DNA of 64,000 nt from an uncultured Pelagibacteraceae bacterium (GCA_902527605.1 CABZPQ010000007.1:3757-67756); one strand, 5' to 3'; counted from the first letter of the stretch, positions 41,919 through 51,399 are shown. A program made the numbers and translations. Notes: generated from the letters alone by a model not told the origin.

Positions 41919-42677
41919 TTATTTTTTTTGTAATTTAGTTAATTTCCGTATTAAATAAAAATATAATCGATCAGGTATTATTTTTAAAAATTTAAGGATC
42001 AAAGTTAATTCTTTTGGGTAGTGTATTTCAAAATTAGAACCATTAATAAGGCCATCATAAATTTTGTCTGCCGAGTATTCTGGAGTTTTTAGAAAAGGCA
42101 TCTTAAAATCATTCTTATCAGTCATTGGTGTTTTGATAAAACCTGGAGAAACTAAACAAACCCTCACGCCATATCTTCCAAAATCAAAATGTAAACTTTC
42201 AGCAAGATTACTTAAAGCAGCTTTGGATGGTCCATAGCCACTTGAGTTAGGTAAGCCTTTGTATCCTGCAATCGAAGATACTATGGTAATAATACCTTTT
42301 CCTCTTTCTCGAAAATGAGTTTCAACTGCTTTTATACAATTTAATGTTCCAAAAAAATTTACTTTAAATACATTTTCAATTTGCTCTACATCAATTTCTT
42401 TTTCTTTTTTTGGATCCCAAGTTCCCGTAGAAAAAAAACAAATTTCGATGTCACCAAGTTCCTTTTTTATATTTTCAAAAACAGACTTACACTTTTCCTT
42501 ATCATTTACATCAAGTGGAAAAGATTTAATATTTTGATGCTTATCTTCGATTTCTTTTAATAAATTTTCTCTTCTTGCAGAAATAGCAACTGTCCATCCA
42601 TTATTAGCAAATTTTAACGCAAGTGCTTTGCCAATTCCTGTACTTCCGCCGGTGATCCAAATTACTTTTTTATTCAT
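41919..42677 (-). CDS. Short-chain dehydrogenase/reductase
   Basis: TGGSTGIG, YGPSK, PGFIKTPMTDKN. Confidence 0.9.
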   Translation of the reverse strand: MNKKVIWITGGSTGIGKALALKFANNGWTVAISARRENLLKEIEDKHQNIKSFPLDVNDKEKCKSVFENIKKELGDIEICFFSTGTWDPKKEKEIDVEQIENVFKVNFFGTLNCIKAVETHFRERGKGIITIVSSIAGYKGLPNSSGYGPSKAALSNLAESLHFDFGRYGVRVCLVSPGFIKTPMTDKNDFKMPFLKTPEYSADKIYDGLINGSNFEIHYPKELTLILKFLKIIPDRLYFYLIRKLTKLQKK

Positions 42678-42701
42678 ATTTAACTGCTGTATAGTACTTA
42701 A

Positions 42702-43169
42702 ATGCTAAAAAATAAAATTTTATCTTTTATTCTCTTTGCAATTACTACGTTTTCAGCTTCATTTATTGGAGGTTTGGTTACTATAAATTTTAAAGAACCT
42801 TGGTATTCAAATTTATCTAAACCTCAATACAATCCACCTGATTGGATATTTGGGCCAGTATGGACATTACTTTATTTATTTATGACAATAGCCATATGGA
42901 ATGCGTGGCATAAAAACACAAAAAATTTAAATATTGTATTTTTATATTTCATTCATCTTTTTTTTAATACAACTTGGAGTGTTGTTTTCTTTGGTTTCCA
43001 TAATATTTCTTTAGCAATTTTAAATCTTGTTGTGTTAATTATATTTATTGTTTTATTGGTATTTAAATATAAGAATATAAGTCAATTAAGCATGTACTTG
43101 ATGATTCCATATTTGTTATGGTGTTGTTTTGCATTGCTTTTAAATATAAACATTTTTTTGATAAACTAA
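42702..43169 (+). CDS. tspO: TspO/MBR tryptophan-rich sensory protein
   Basis: WY..L.KP..NPP.W.FGPVW, PYLLW. Confidence 0.92.
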   Translation: MLKNKILSFILFAITTFSASFIGGLVTINFKEPWYSNLSKPQYNPPDWIFGPVWTLLYLFMTIAIWNAWHKNTKNLNIVFLYFIHLFFNTTWSVVFFGFHNISLAILNLVVLIIFIVLLVFKYKNISQLSMYLMIPYLLWCCFALLLNINIFLIN

Positions 43170-43170
43170 T

Positions 43171-44274
43171 ATGGATGATGTTGTAATAGTAGGTGGTGGT
43201 ATAATTGGAGCTGCAACTGCATACTTTATGTCCAAAGAAGGCAGAAAAGTAAAAGTCATTGAAAGGGATCCAACTTATAAAACTGCATCATTCCCATTAT
43301 CACTTGGTGGATTTAGACGACAGTTTTTTCAAAAAGAAAATATTCTTTTAGGAAAATTTGCAAGGGAATTTATATTTCAAATACCAGAATTATTGAAAAC
43401 TGAAAAAAATCCAAATCCAACAGCTAGCATGGTGCCCAATGGATATCTTCTAATGTTTGGACCAGATCATGCAGAAGAGCAATACAGAGCTTTAGAAAAT
43501 CATAAAGAATGTGAAGCGGGTACAAAAAATATTAAAGGTTCTGAATTGAAAAACTATTTTCCTTACATTAATGAGGAAGGAATTGAAACTGCAACATTTA
43601 CTGATAACAAAAGTGAGGGATGGATTGATCCATTTTTATTTCATAGCGCTTTAAAGCATAAAGCAATTGATCTTGGGGCAGAATTTATTAAGGGAGAGGT
43701 TAAGAGCCTATCTGAAATTAATGCAAAGACAATTATTTCCGCAGCTGGGTGCTGGACTAAGGAACTACTTGAAGATATTCCTGTAGTACCTCAAAAACAT
43801 ACAGTCTTTAGAGTTAAATGTCCTAAACATATTCCAGAGATGCCATTATCCGGAGATCTAACAACAGGAGTATATTGGCGACCAGAAGGAAAAGAATATT
43901 TAGCAGGTTCTCCAATTTCAGTTTTTGATGCAGAAGATCTCGAACCTGCATGGAATGATTTTGAAGAATTAGTTTGGCCTGCTCTTGCAAAAAGAATACC
44001 AGCATTTGAAGAACTCAAATTAACAGGTGGATGGGCTGGATATTATGATTGTAACAAATTAGATAATAATGCTGTAGTTGGAAAACATCCAAAATATGAA
44101 AATGTTTACATGGCCTCAGGATTTACTGGCAGAGGTTTAATGCAAGCACCAGGAATTGGTAGAGCTCTAACTGAATTAATTACTACAGGCAGTTATCAAA
44201 CTATAGATATTAGTGTTTTCGCAGTCGAAAGAGTATTAAATAGTTCTGCAAGACCCGAGCCCTACGTCTTATAA
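43171..44274 (+). CDS. FAD-dependent oxidoreductase, DAO/FOXRED1-like
   Basis: GGGIIG, GGFRRQF, EGWIDP, WAGYY, GF.G.GLMQAP. Confidence 0.8.
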   Translation: MDDVVIVGGGIIGAATAYFMSKEGRKVKVIERDPTYKTASFPLSLGGFRRQFFQKENILLGKFAREFIFQIPELLKTEKNPNPTASMVPNGYLLMFGPDHAEEQYRALENHKECEAGTKNIKGSELKNYFPYINEEGIETATFTDNKSEGWIDPFLFHSALKHKAIDLGAEFIKGEVKSLSEINAKTIISAAGCWTKELLEDIPVVPQKHTVFRVKCPKHIPEMPLSGDLTTGVYWRPEGKEYLAGSPISVFDAEDLEPAWNDFEELVWPALAKRIPAFEELKLTGGWAGYYDCNKLDNNAVVGKHPKYENVYMASGFTGRGLMQAPGIGRALTELITTGSYQTIDISVFAVERVLNSSARPEPYVL

Positions 44275-44439
44275 TTTTTTTACGTAAACTCCCATCATCC
44301 CATTAAAAAAAGATACGGCAATTATAAGAATTTGACCTTTTAGTGAGTAAAAATCAAATGATGGATAAAAACTGATAGCTATACTCAAAAAAATATAGGT
44401 TAATAAAAAGGGTCTATAAAATTTCTTTAAAAATTTCAT
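44269..44439 (-). CDS. Small 56-aa two-TM protein, absent from the ORF track
   Basis: MKFLKKFYRPFLLTYIFLSIAISFYPSFDFYSLKGQILIIAVSFFNGMMGVYVKKL; starts 11 nt after the upstream stop and overlaps the convergent gene's stop. Confidence 0.55.
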   Translation of the reverse strand: MKFLKKFYRPFLLTYIFLSIAISFYPSFDFYSLKGQILIIAVSFFNGMMGVYVKKL

Positions 44440-44450
44440 AAAAATTCTAA

Positions 44451-45458
44451 TTAAATTTTTACAAGCATTTTTCCTATGTTTTTACCTTCTAATAAATCAA
44501 TGAATGATTTTGGCGTATTTTCTATACCCTCGTAAACAGTTTCTTTAAATTTAATTTTATCTTCTAATAGCCATTTAGCCATATCGGTTTCAAACTGTTC
44601 TCGATCATCTTCATGATCAAAAATTATAAAACCTTTAATAGTTAGTCTTTTTACAAGAACATGAGCCATATTTTTTAAACCAGAGCCAGGATTAGTTGCA
44701 TTCATTTGGGATATCCTTCCACAAATTACAATTCTTCCAAAGTTCTTCATTTGAAAAATAGCTGACTCTAAGAAATCGCCACCTACATTATCAAAATATA
44801 AATCAAATCCTTCAGGACAAACTTCTTTAAGATGTAAAACAAGATTTTCAATTTTTTTATAGTTAAACGCATGATCAATTTTTAAATCATTTTTCAGCCA
44901 TTTAACTTTTTCATCAGATCCTGTACTTGCAATTACTTTACAACCCATATTTTTTGCAATTTGACAAACAGTAGATCCAACACTACCTCCAGCTGAAGAA
45001 ACAAGGATTGTTTGACCTGGTTTTAATTCACCATGTTTAAAAAGTCCTATATAAGCTGTATGACCTGTCATTCCAAGTGGACCCAGATATGTTTGTATAG
45101 GAATATTCATTGGCTCAATTTTTTTTAGATCATTGGAGTTACAAACAAAGTAATCTCTCATTCCGAAATTACTAAAAACAATATCTCCTTCTTTAAAATT
45201 TTTGTCTTTAGACTCTTTAACTATACCTAAAGCATAACCTTCCATCTCTTCACCAATATTAAAAGGCGGTTTATAGTTTTTTCTTTCAGTCATCCTTGCC
45301 CTCATATAAGGATCAACTGAAATCCATAAATTTAAAACCAATATATTGTTCTTAGTATCTAAAGATATCTCCTTAGTTTTTATTTCAAAGTCAGTTTCTT
45401 TTGGTAAACCTGTAGGGATATAGTTTTTTAAAGCTACAAATTTGCTTGTTACAGGCAT
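44451..45458 (-). CDS. NADP-dependent alkenal/prostaglandin reductase-like oxidoreductase (CurA/YncB family)
   Basis: SVDPYMR, GMTGHTAY, YFDNVGG, GKMLV. Confidence 0.88.
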   Translation of the reverse strand: MPVTSKFVALKNYIPTGLPKETDFEIKTKEISLDTKNNILVLNLWISVDPYMRARMTERKNYKPPFNIGEEMEGYALGIVKESKDKNFKEGDIVFSNFGMRDYFVCNSNDLKKIEPMNIPIQTYLGPLGMTGHTAYIGLFKHGELKPGQTILVSSAGGSVGSTVCQIAKNMGCKVIASTGSDEKVKWLKNDLKIDHAFNYKKIENLVLHLKEVCPEGFDLYFDNVGGDFLESAIFQMKNFGRIVICGRISQMNATNPGSGLKNMAHVLVKRLTIKGFIIFDHEDDREQFETDMAKWLLEDKIKFKETVYEGIENTPKSFIDLLEGKNIGKMLVKI

Positions 45459-45461
45459 TAA

Positions 45462-46040
45462 TTATGATCCCCAAATAATATCAAGTATTCTCTCTCTTTT
45501 GCATGCTTTCTTATATTTTAAATAATTTTCTAAATATACTTGATAGTAATCTTGATGTTTATCCTCTGCTTTGTAAAAAATCTCAAATTCTTTAACATAT
45601 GTGACTACCTTCTTTTTAAATTTCTTTTCTAATCTTTTTATATCTTTATCAATTAAATCTTTCTGATAATCGTTTTCATAAAATGCTACAGATCTGTAGC
45701 TGTATCCTTTATCGCAAAACTGGCCATAAGCATCAAATGGATCAATATTAAGCCAGAAATTTTTTAAGAGTTCTTTATAGGATATTTTCTCTTTGTCATA
45801 AATTATTTCAACAACCTCAAAATGACCAGTATCTCCATAAGTGACTTCCCTATATGTTGGATTTGCAGTGATCCCTCCTGAGTAACCAGATATAACTTCT
45901 TCTACACCTTCCAACATTTCAAAAGACTCTTCCATGCACCAGAAGCAACCTCCTGCAAAATACGCTTTATCTTTTGAATGAGAGAATGATGTCGAGATAA
46001 GAAATAATAAAAAAAAGTAATAAAATAACCTCATATACAA
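45462..46040 (-). CDS. msrA: Methionine-S-sulfoxide reductase with signal peptide
   Basis: AGGCFWCME, GQFCDKG, AEDKHQDYY. Confidence 0.93.
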   Translation of the reverse strand: MYMRLFYYFFLLFLISTSFSHSKDKAYFAGGCFWCMEESFEMLEGVEEVISGYSGGITANPTYREVTYGDTGHFEVVEIIYDKEKISYKELLKNFWLNIDPFDAYGQFCDKGYSYRSVAFYENDYQKDLIDKDIKRLEKKFKKKVVTYVKEFEIFYKAEDKHQDYYQVYLENYLKYKKACKRERILDIIWGS

Positions 46041-46071
46041 AATATATAATAATGAGGGTTTAAATCTATGG

Positions 46072-46112
46072 TATTAAAGGTAGCTACTTATTTAAGTAGC
46101 ATACCTTTAATA
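46072..46112 (-). terminator. Stem-loop after fdh
   Basis: TATTAAAGGTAGCTACTTA / TAAGTAGCATACCTTTAATA inverted repeat with one bulge. Confidence 0.65.
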
Positions 46113-46120
46113 AATCTATT

Positions 46121-47320
46121 TTATTTTTTTTGATATTTAGCAGCTTCTTCTGATCCACTAGTTGCAGACCCTTTACTGTAAGAATGCGCACCCATTCCTG
46201 CTAATTGGCCATCTTTTACGATCAAATATTGATTTCTAATTTCTTTTCCTTCAAAGAAACATTCCAATATTTCTCTAACACCATCTGCATATCTTGCTTG
46301 AGCAGATAAAGATGTACCAGAAGTGTGAGGTGTCATTCCATGATTTGGCATTGTTCTCCATACATGGTCGTTTGGAGCAGGCTGTGGAAACCATACATCA
46401 CCTGCGTAACCACTTAGCTGTCCACTTTTTAGGGCTTTAGCTATTGCATCTCGATTACAAATTTTACCTCTTGCTGTGTTAACTATGTATGCTCCTTTTT
46501 TCATTTTACTTATCATTTCATCATCAAACAAATTTTCAGTTTCAGGATGAAGTGGGCAATTAATAGTAACAACGTCGCAAACTTTTACCATAGACTCCAC
46601 TGATTCATGAAAAGTTAAGTTTAGTTCTTTTTCAACACTGTCAGGTAATTTATGTCTGTCAAAATAGTGCAAATGAACATCAAATGGTTTCATTTTTCTA
46701 AGTGCATCTAATCCGATCCTTCCAGCAGCAACGGTTCCTATATGCATTCCTTCAACGTCATAACTTCTTTGAACAGCATCTGCAATATTCCATCCACCTT
46801 CATTAACTATTCTATGTTGATTGTGATAATCTCTAACCATTGAAACAATCATCATTACTATGTGTTCAGCAACTGATCTAGAATTACAGAAAGTTACTTC
46901 AACAACATCAATTTTATTATCCATTGCTGCTTGTAAATCAACGTGATCAGAACCTATTCCTGCTGTTATTGCCATCTTAAGGTTTTTAGCTTTAGCGATT
47001 CTTTCTTTAGTTAAATAATAAGGGAAAAATGGTTGAGAGATAACAATGTCAGCATCAACAATATGTTTATCCGCTTCGCAACCATCTCCATCTTTACTGT
47101 TAGTAACAACCAATTCGTGTCCATTACTCTCTAAAAACTTTCTCAAACCAAGTTCACCTGAAACACAACCAAGTAATTGGCCTGGTGTAAAATCTCTTCC
47201 TTTAGGCGATGGCAATGTCATTCCATCTGGATATTTCTCTAATTTTGGTAAATCCGACAGAGGATAAGATTTAGGCATTCCTCCTTTTGGATCATCATAC
47301 AATACACAAAGTACTTTCAT
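46121..47320 (-). CDS. fdh: NAD-dependent formate dehydrogenase (metal-free)
   Basis: LLGCVSGELGLR, GIGSDH, AAGRIG, DRH, NTARG, GDVWFPQP, TPHTSG; RBS AGGAG. Confidence 0.96.
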   Translation of the reverse strand: MKVLCVLYDDPKGGMPKSYPLSDLPKLEKYPDGMTLPSPKGRDFTPGQLLGCVSGELGLRKFLESNGHELVVTNSKDGDGCEADKHIVDADIVISQPFFPYYLTKERIAKAKNLKMAITAGIGSDHVDLQAAMDNKIDVVEVTFCNSRSVAEHIVMMIVSMVRDYHNQHRIVNEGGWNIADAVQRSYDVEGMHIGTVAAGRIGLDALRKMKPFDVHLHYFDRHKLPDSVEKELNLTFHESVESMVKVCDVVTINCPLHPETENLFDDEMISKMKKGAYIVNTARGKICNRDAIAKALKSGQLSGYAGDVWFPQPAPNDHVWRTMPNHGMTPHTSGTSLSAQARYADGVREILECFFEGKEIRNQYLIVKDGQLAGMGAHSYSKGSATSGSEEAAKYQKK

Positions 47321-47414
47321 TTTTACTCCTATTACTAGCTTCTCTAAGCTGAATTATTAATTATTATTTGAAAAGACTAGCACAAGTTAAATAGGACTAG
47401 CAAACAAATTGTGT

Positions 47415-47879
47415 TTATTTTGGGTAATTCCTTTTAGCAATAAATTTGTTCAAGATTATGCCAAAAACTATCACAATAATTGATCCGCTTATAACTGGGG
47501 AAATTAAATATTCAAATGAAACTGACCCCATGATCACAATTATAGGATTTCCTCCTGCAGGAGGGTGGGTTACATTAAGAATAATCATTAATCCGACACC
47601 TATTCCAACAGCAACAGGTATAATAATATATATCGGAAGTGGAACGAAATTCACAAATATCACACCAACAAGTGAAGTTAAAAAATGACCAAAAAATATA
47701 TTTTTAGGTTTTGCAAAAGGACTTTCTGGATACCCATAAAGCAAAACCATTGTAGAACCAAAGGAAGCAATCAAAAATAATCCATAAGGTGTTTTATAAG
47801 TAAGCAATGACAAAACCCCAATTGTCATAGTAGAAAATATTGCAGCGATAGCAGGTTTTTTAATATCTAAATTATTCAT
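47415..47879 (-). CDS. HPP family membrane protein (start probably 47879)
   Basis: ASFGS, PESPFAKP, GH, THPPAG. Confidence 0.88.
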   Translation of the reverse strand: MNNLDIKKPAIAAIFSTMTIGVLSLLTYKTPYGLFLIASFGSTMVLLYGYPESPFAKPKNIFFGHFLTSLVGVIFVNFVPLPIYIIIPVAVGIGVGLMIILNVTHPPAGGNPIIVIMGSVSFEYLISPVISGSIIVIVFGIILNKFIAKRNYPK

Positions 47880-48273
47880 CAATGCTGAGTTTCTTAATTG
47901 CAATTAATGGCATTAATACACAGTTTTTTCTAGATATATTTTTTTTATTAAACAATTTATTAAATTTATTTAGATTTTTTGGCAAAGGTTTAATTTCATT
48001 TTCAAAATAATCGATAAGATTTTTTAATAAATAATTAATTTTATTTTTACTTTTTTTGATAAGTTTATGAGATATTAAGCTTGCAGAAGCTTGACAGTAA
48101 ACACAGGATTTTGTCTGATACCCAATATCTTGTATTATATTTTTCTTAATATTAACTCTCATTTCAATTATATCGCCACAAGTTTTATTTTTATATTTCG
48201 ATCTATGAGTGTAATCTTTCAATATTTTATTATTAGTCGTGTCGGATGCAATTTTTATTATATCTAAATCCAT
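47872..48273 (-). CDS. Stand-alone IscU/SufU (NifU_N)-like protein
   Basis: N.TCGD, SCVYCQASAS, RKNCV. Confidence 0.7.
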   Translation of the reverse strand: MDLDIIKIASDTTNNKILKDYTHRSKYKNKTCGDIIEMRVNIKKNIIQDIGYQTKSCVYCQASASLISHKLIKKSKNKINYLLKNLIDYFENEIKPLPKNLNKFNKLFNKKNISRKNCVLMPLIAIKKLSIDE

Positions 48274-48320
48274 ATTTATTTAATAATATCACTAAAAATT
48301 TATAAAAAATAAATTAATTT

Positions 48321-49226
48321 ATGCCTGATTTAAAAAATCCTAAAGTAGCTATTCCAATTGTTTTATTTGCAGGCATACTTTGGTCATTTGGACCATATGT
48401 TGTAAGACATATAGACCAACCCGAAACTGTCCCTTGGCAATACTTGTTTGCAAGAGGCATTGTTATTTTTTTATTGCTGAATGTTTACTTATTTCTGGAA
48501 GAAGGAATTTCATTTTATAAAAATTATTTTAAAATTGGGATATCTGGAATTATAGGTGGTGTCGGTTTAGGAACAGCAATGATAACTTTTATTTGGTCAA
48601 TTACTAACACGACAGCAGCAGTAACTTTATTATGTTTAGCTGCAATGCCTTTTATAACCGCGCTACTTGGTTTTCTATTTTTGAAAGAAAAAATTTCAAT
48701 CACAGTTTGGATATCAATTTTAGTCGCTGCATTTGGTATAATAGTAATGGCCTACGGTAATACCGAAGAAAATTCTTTAATTGGTCTAATTTTTGGATTA
48801 GTATCTGCACTAGGTTTTTCAATTTTTTCAGTAAGTCTGAGATGGAGAAAACAAACTCCTAAGTTTACAACTGTTGCTATAGCAGGATTATTTTGTTTTT
48901 TATTTTCAACAGTTATGCTTTTAAATAACGATGCAAATTTCTTATCTTCAAATAAAAATGAAGCATTATTTGCCACTCATGGAACACTTGTGTGCATGGG
49001 CTTAATTCTTTATTCAATTGGGTCTAAACATATTCCTGCAGCTGATTTAACGCTATTGTCTTTGACTGAAGTAATAGGAGGAATATTTTGGGTTTGGCTG
49101 CCATGGCTTGGAATAAATGAAATTCCTTCAACTAATACAATTATTGGTGGCTTCTTTATTTTTTTAGCTATTTTTTATTATAGTATGATAATGCAATCTA
49201 ATAGAAGATTTATTGGATTAAATTAA
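48321..49226 (+). CDS. DMT/EamA family transporter
   Basis: About 10 TM; paralog of 32771..33643. Confidence 0.85.
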   Translation: MPDLKNPKVAIPIVLFAGILWSFGPYVVRHIDQPETVPWQYLFARGIVIFLLLNVYLFLEEGISFYKNYFKIGISGIIGGVGLGTAMITFIWSITNTTAAVTLLCLAAMPFITALLGFLFLKEKISITVWISILVAAFGIIVMAYGNTEENSLIGLIFGLVSALGFSIFSVSLRWRKQTPKFTTVAIAGLFCFLFSTVMLLNNDANFLSSNKNEALFATHGTLVCMGLILYSIGSKHIPAADLTLLSLTEVIGGIFWVWLPWLGINEIPSTNTIIGGFFIFLAIFYYSMIMQSNRRFIGLN

Positions 49227-49232
49227 TTTTAC

Positions 49233-50348
49233 ATGGTTCAAAATAATAAGATTGTTAATAGTTGGAATGAATGGGATCCATTAAAACATGTAATTGTTGG
49301 AAGAGCAGATGGTACTTGTATTCCAGCACCTGAACCTGCTTTAGATGCTAAAGTTCCAGAAGACTCTGATATGCGAGGAACTTATGGTCCAAGAACTAAG
49401 GACACTGTCGATAAAGCTAATGAACTATTAGATAACTTTTCAAATTTGCTTGAAAAAAGGGGAATAAAAGTTGATAGACCAACACCTTTAGATTTTAATC
49501 AACCAACATCAACTCCTGACTGGAAAGCCGAAACTATGTTTGGATGTATGCCACCTCGAGATGTTTTGTTAACTGTGGGAAATGAAATATTAGAAGCTAC
49601 AATGAGCTACAGGTGCAGATGGTTTGAGTACCTATGTTACAGACCATTATTAAAAGACTATTATAATAAAGATCCAAATATGAGACATGAGTCAGCGCCA
49701 AAACCCAGATTAACAGATGCCGATTATAGAAAAGATTATTTATCAGATAAAATTGGTGTAACTAAAAGACTTGAATGGACAGAAAATAAATACTTTGTCA
49801 CAACCGAGGAAGAGCCATTATTTGATGCCGCAGATATTTTAAGATTTGGAAAGGATTTGGTTGTACAACACGGATTTACAACTAACTTAAAAGGAATTGA
49901 TTGGATAAAAAGACATTTTAAGGATCATAGAGTTCATGCTGTAAATTTCCCAGGCGATCCTTATCCAATTCATATTGATGCAACCTTTACCCCAATTAAA
50001 GAAGGGTTAATTATTAATAATCCACAACGAAGACTTCCAAAAGAACAAAGAAAATTATTTGAAGATAATGGATGGGAAATTATTGATGCTGCACAACCCG
50101 CTCATAATACCCCACCACCACTTTGTTACTCTTCAGTATGGCTATCAATGAATGTTTTAGTTCTTGACCCTAAAACTGTATGCGTTGAAAAAAGTGAAAA
50201 ATATCAAGCTGAACAGTTAGATAAATTAGGTATGGAAGTTATTCCTGTAGAGTTGAGAGATGCATATGCTTTTGGTGGGGGCCTTCATTGTTGTACAGCC
50301 GATGTTTATAGAGAAGGTACTTTAAAAGATTATTTTCCAAAACAATAA
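49233..50348 (+). CDS. Amidinotransferase (AGAT/StrB1 family)
   Basis: VNSWNEWDPL..VIVG, PRD, FDAAD, HIDAT, GGGLHC. Confidence 0.88.
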   Translation: MVQNNKIVNSWNEWDPLKHVIVGRADGTCIPAPEPALDAKVPEDSDMRGTYGPRTKDTVDKANELLDNFSNLLEKRGIKVDRPTPLDFNQPTSTPDWKAETMFGCMPPRDVLLTVGNEILEATMSYRCRWFEYLCYRPLLKDYYNKDPNMRHESAPKPRLTDADYRKDYLSDKIGVTKRLEWTENKYFVTTEEEPLFDAADILRFGKDLVVQHGFTTNLKGIDWIKRHFKDHRVHAVNFPGDPYPIHIDATFTPIKEGLIINNPQRRLPKEQRKLFEDNGWEIIDAAQPAHNTPPPLCYSSVWLSMNVLVLDPKTVCVEKSEKYQAEQLDKLGMEVIPVELRDAYAFGGGLHCCTADVYREGTLKDYFPKQ

Positions 50349-50349
50349 A

Positions 50350-51399
50350 ATGAACGCAAAAATTAATACAAAACGCAAAAGAGTAAAATTTGCTTCAGAC
50401 AATGTGACAGGAGCTTGTCCAGAAGTTTTGGATGCAATTATCAAAGCAAATGATGGTATTGCTCCTCCGTATGGTAACGATGAAATTTCAGGTGTGTTAC
50501 AAGAAAAATTTTCTAAAATTTTCGAAAAGGATGTAATTGTTTACCCTACAGCATCAGGAACTGCATCAAATGCTTTAGCACTTTCTGCTATATCTCCATC
50601 ATTTGGAAATATTTATTGCCACAAATTTTCTCATATCAATGTTGATGAGTGTGGAGCTCCTGAATTTTATACAGGTGGAGCAAAACTTGTTCCATTAAAC
50701 GGTAAAGACGGCAAAATAACAGTTGATGAGCTAAATGATAATATTGGAGGGTTTGGAATTGTGCATCATACTCAACCATCTATTGTTAGCATAACTCAAG
50801 CAACAGAAACTGGTGAAGTTTATACTTTAGATCAAATTAGAAATATCTCTGAAATTGCATATAAAAAAAAATTAAAAGTACATATGGATGGTGCTAGATT
50901 TGCTAATGCGCTTGTTTCACTAGATGTTACTCCCGCAGAAATGACATGGAAATCAGGAATTGACATATTATCTTTTGGAGCAACGAAGAACGGATGTATA
51001 GCAGCTGAAGCAATTATTATATTTAATAAGGAATTAGTTGGCAATTTACCTTTTTTGTTAAAAAGATCCGGTCATCTATTGTCTAAAATGCGTTTTGTTT
51101 CTGCACAATTAGATGGATATATCTCAAATGATGTTTGGTTAAAAAACGCAAGACACGCAAATCTAATGGCAAAAAAATTAAGCGATGGTTTAGTTTCTAG
51201 TAATCAAGTTAAACTTGAATATCCAACTGAGGCAAATGAAGTTTTTGTTAAACTGCCAAAAAAGATGGTTGAGCATTTAAATACGGAAGAATATATGATG
51301 AGCAATGAGGAATTAGGCGGCAAGACAGTTAGACTTGTTACAGCTTGGAATACTAAAAGTAGTGAAGTAGACGAGTTTCTAAAAACTATATCTAATTAA
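50350..51399 (+). CDS. ltaE: Low-specificity L-threonine aldolase
   Basis: FASDN, YG.D, GTASN, HMDGAR, SFGATKNG PLP lysine. Confidence 0.88.
   Translation: MNAKINTKRKRVKFASDNVTGACPEVLDAIIKANDGIAPPYGNDEISGVLQEKFSKIFEKDVIVYPTASGTASNALALSAISPSFGNIYCHKFSHINVDECGAPEFYTGGAKLVPLNGKDGKITVDELNDNIGGFGIVHHTQPSIVSITQATETGEVYTLDQIRNISEIAYKKKLKVHMDGARFANALVSLDVTPAEMTWKSGIDILSFGATKNGCIAAEAIIIFNKELVGNLPFLLKRSGHLLSKMRFVSAQLDGYISNDVWLKNARHANLMAKKLSDGLVSSNQVKLEYPTEANEVFVKLPKKMVEHLNTEEYMMSNEELGGKTVRLVTAWNTKSSEVDEFLKTISN

Noticed and set aside
47375-47402. GACTAGCA direct repeat upstream of fdh
   Set aside because: Coincides with a plausible -35 (TTGCTA) and -10 (TAGTCT) on the minus strand; no independent operator evidence
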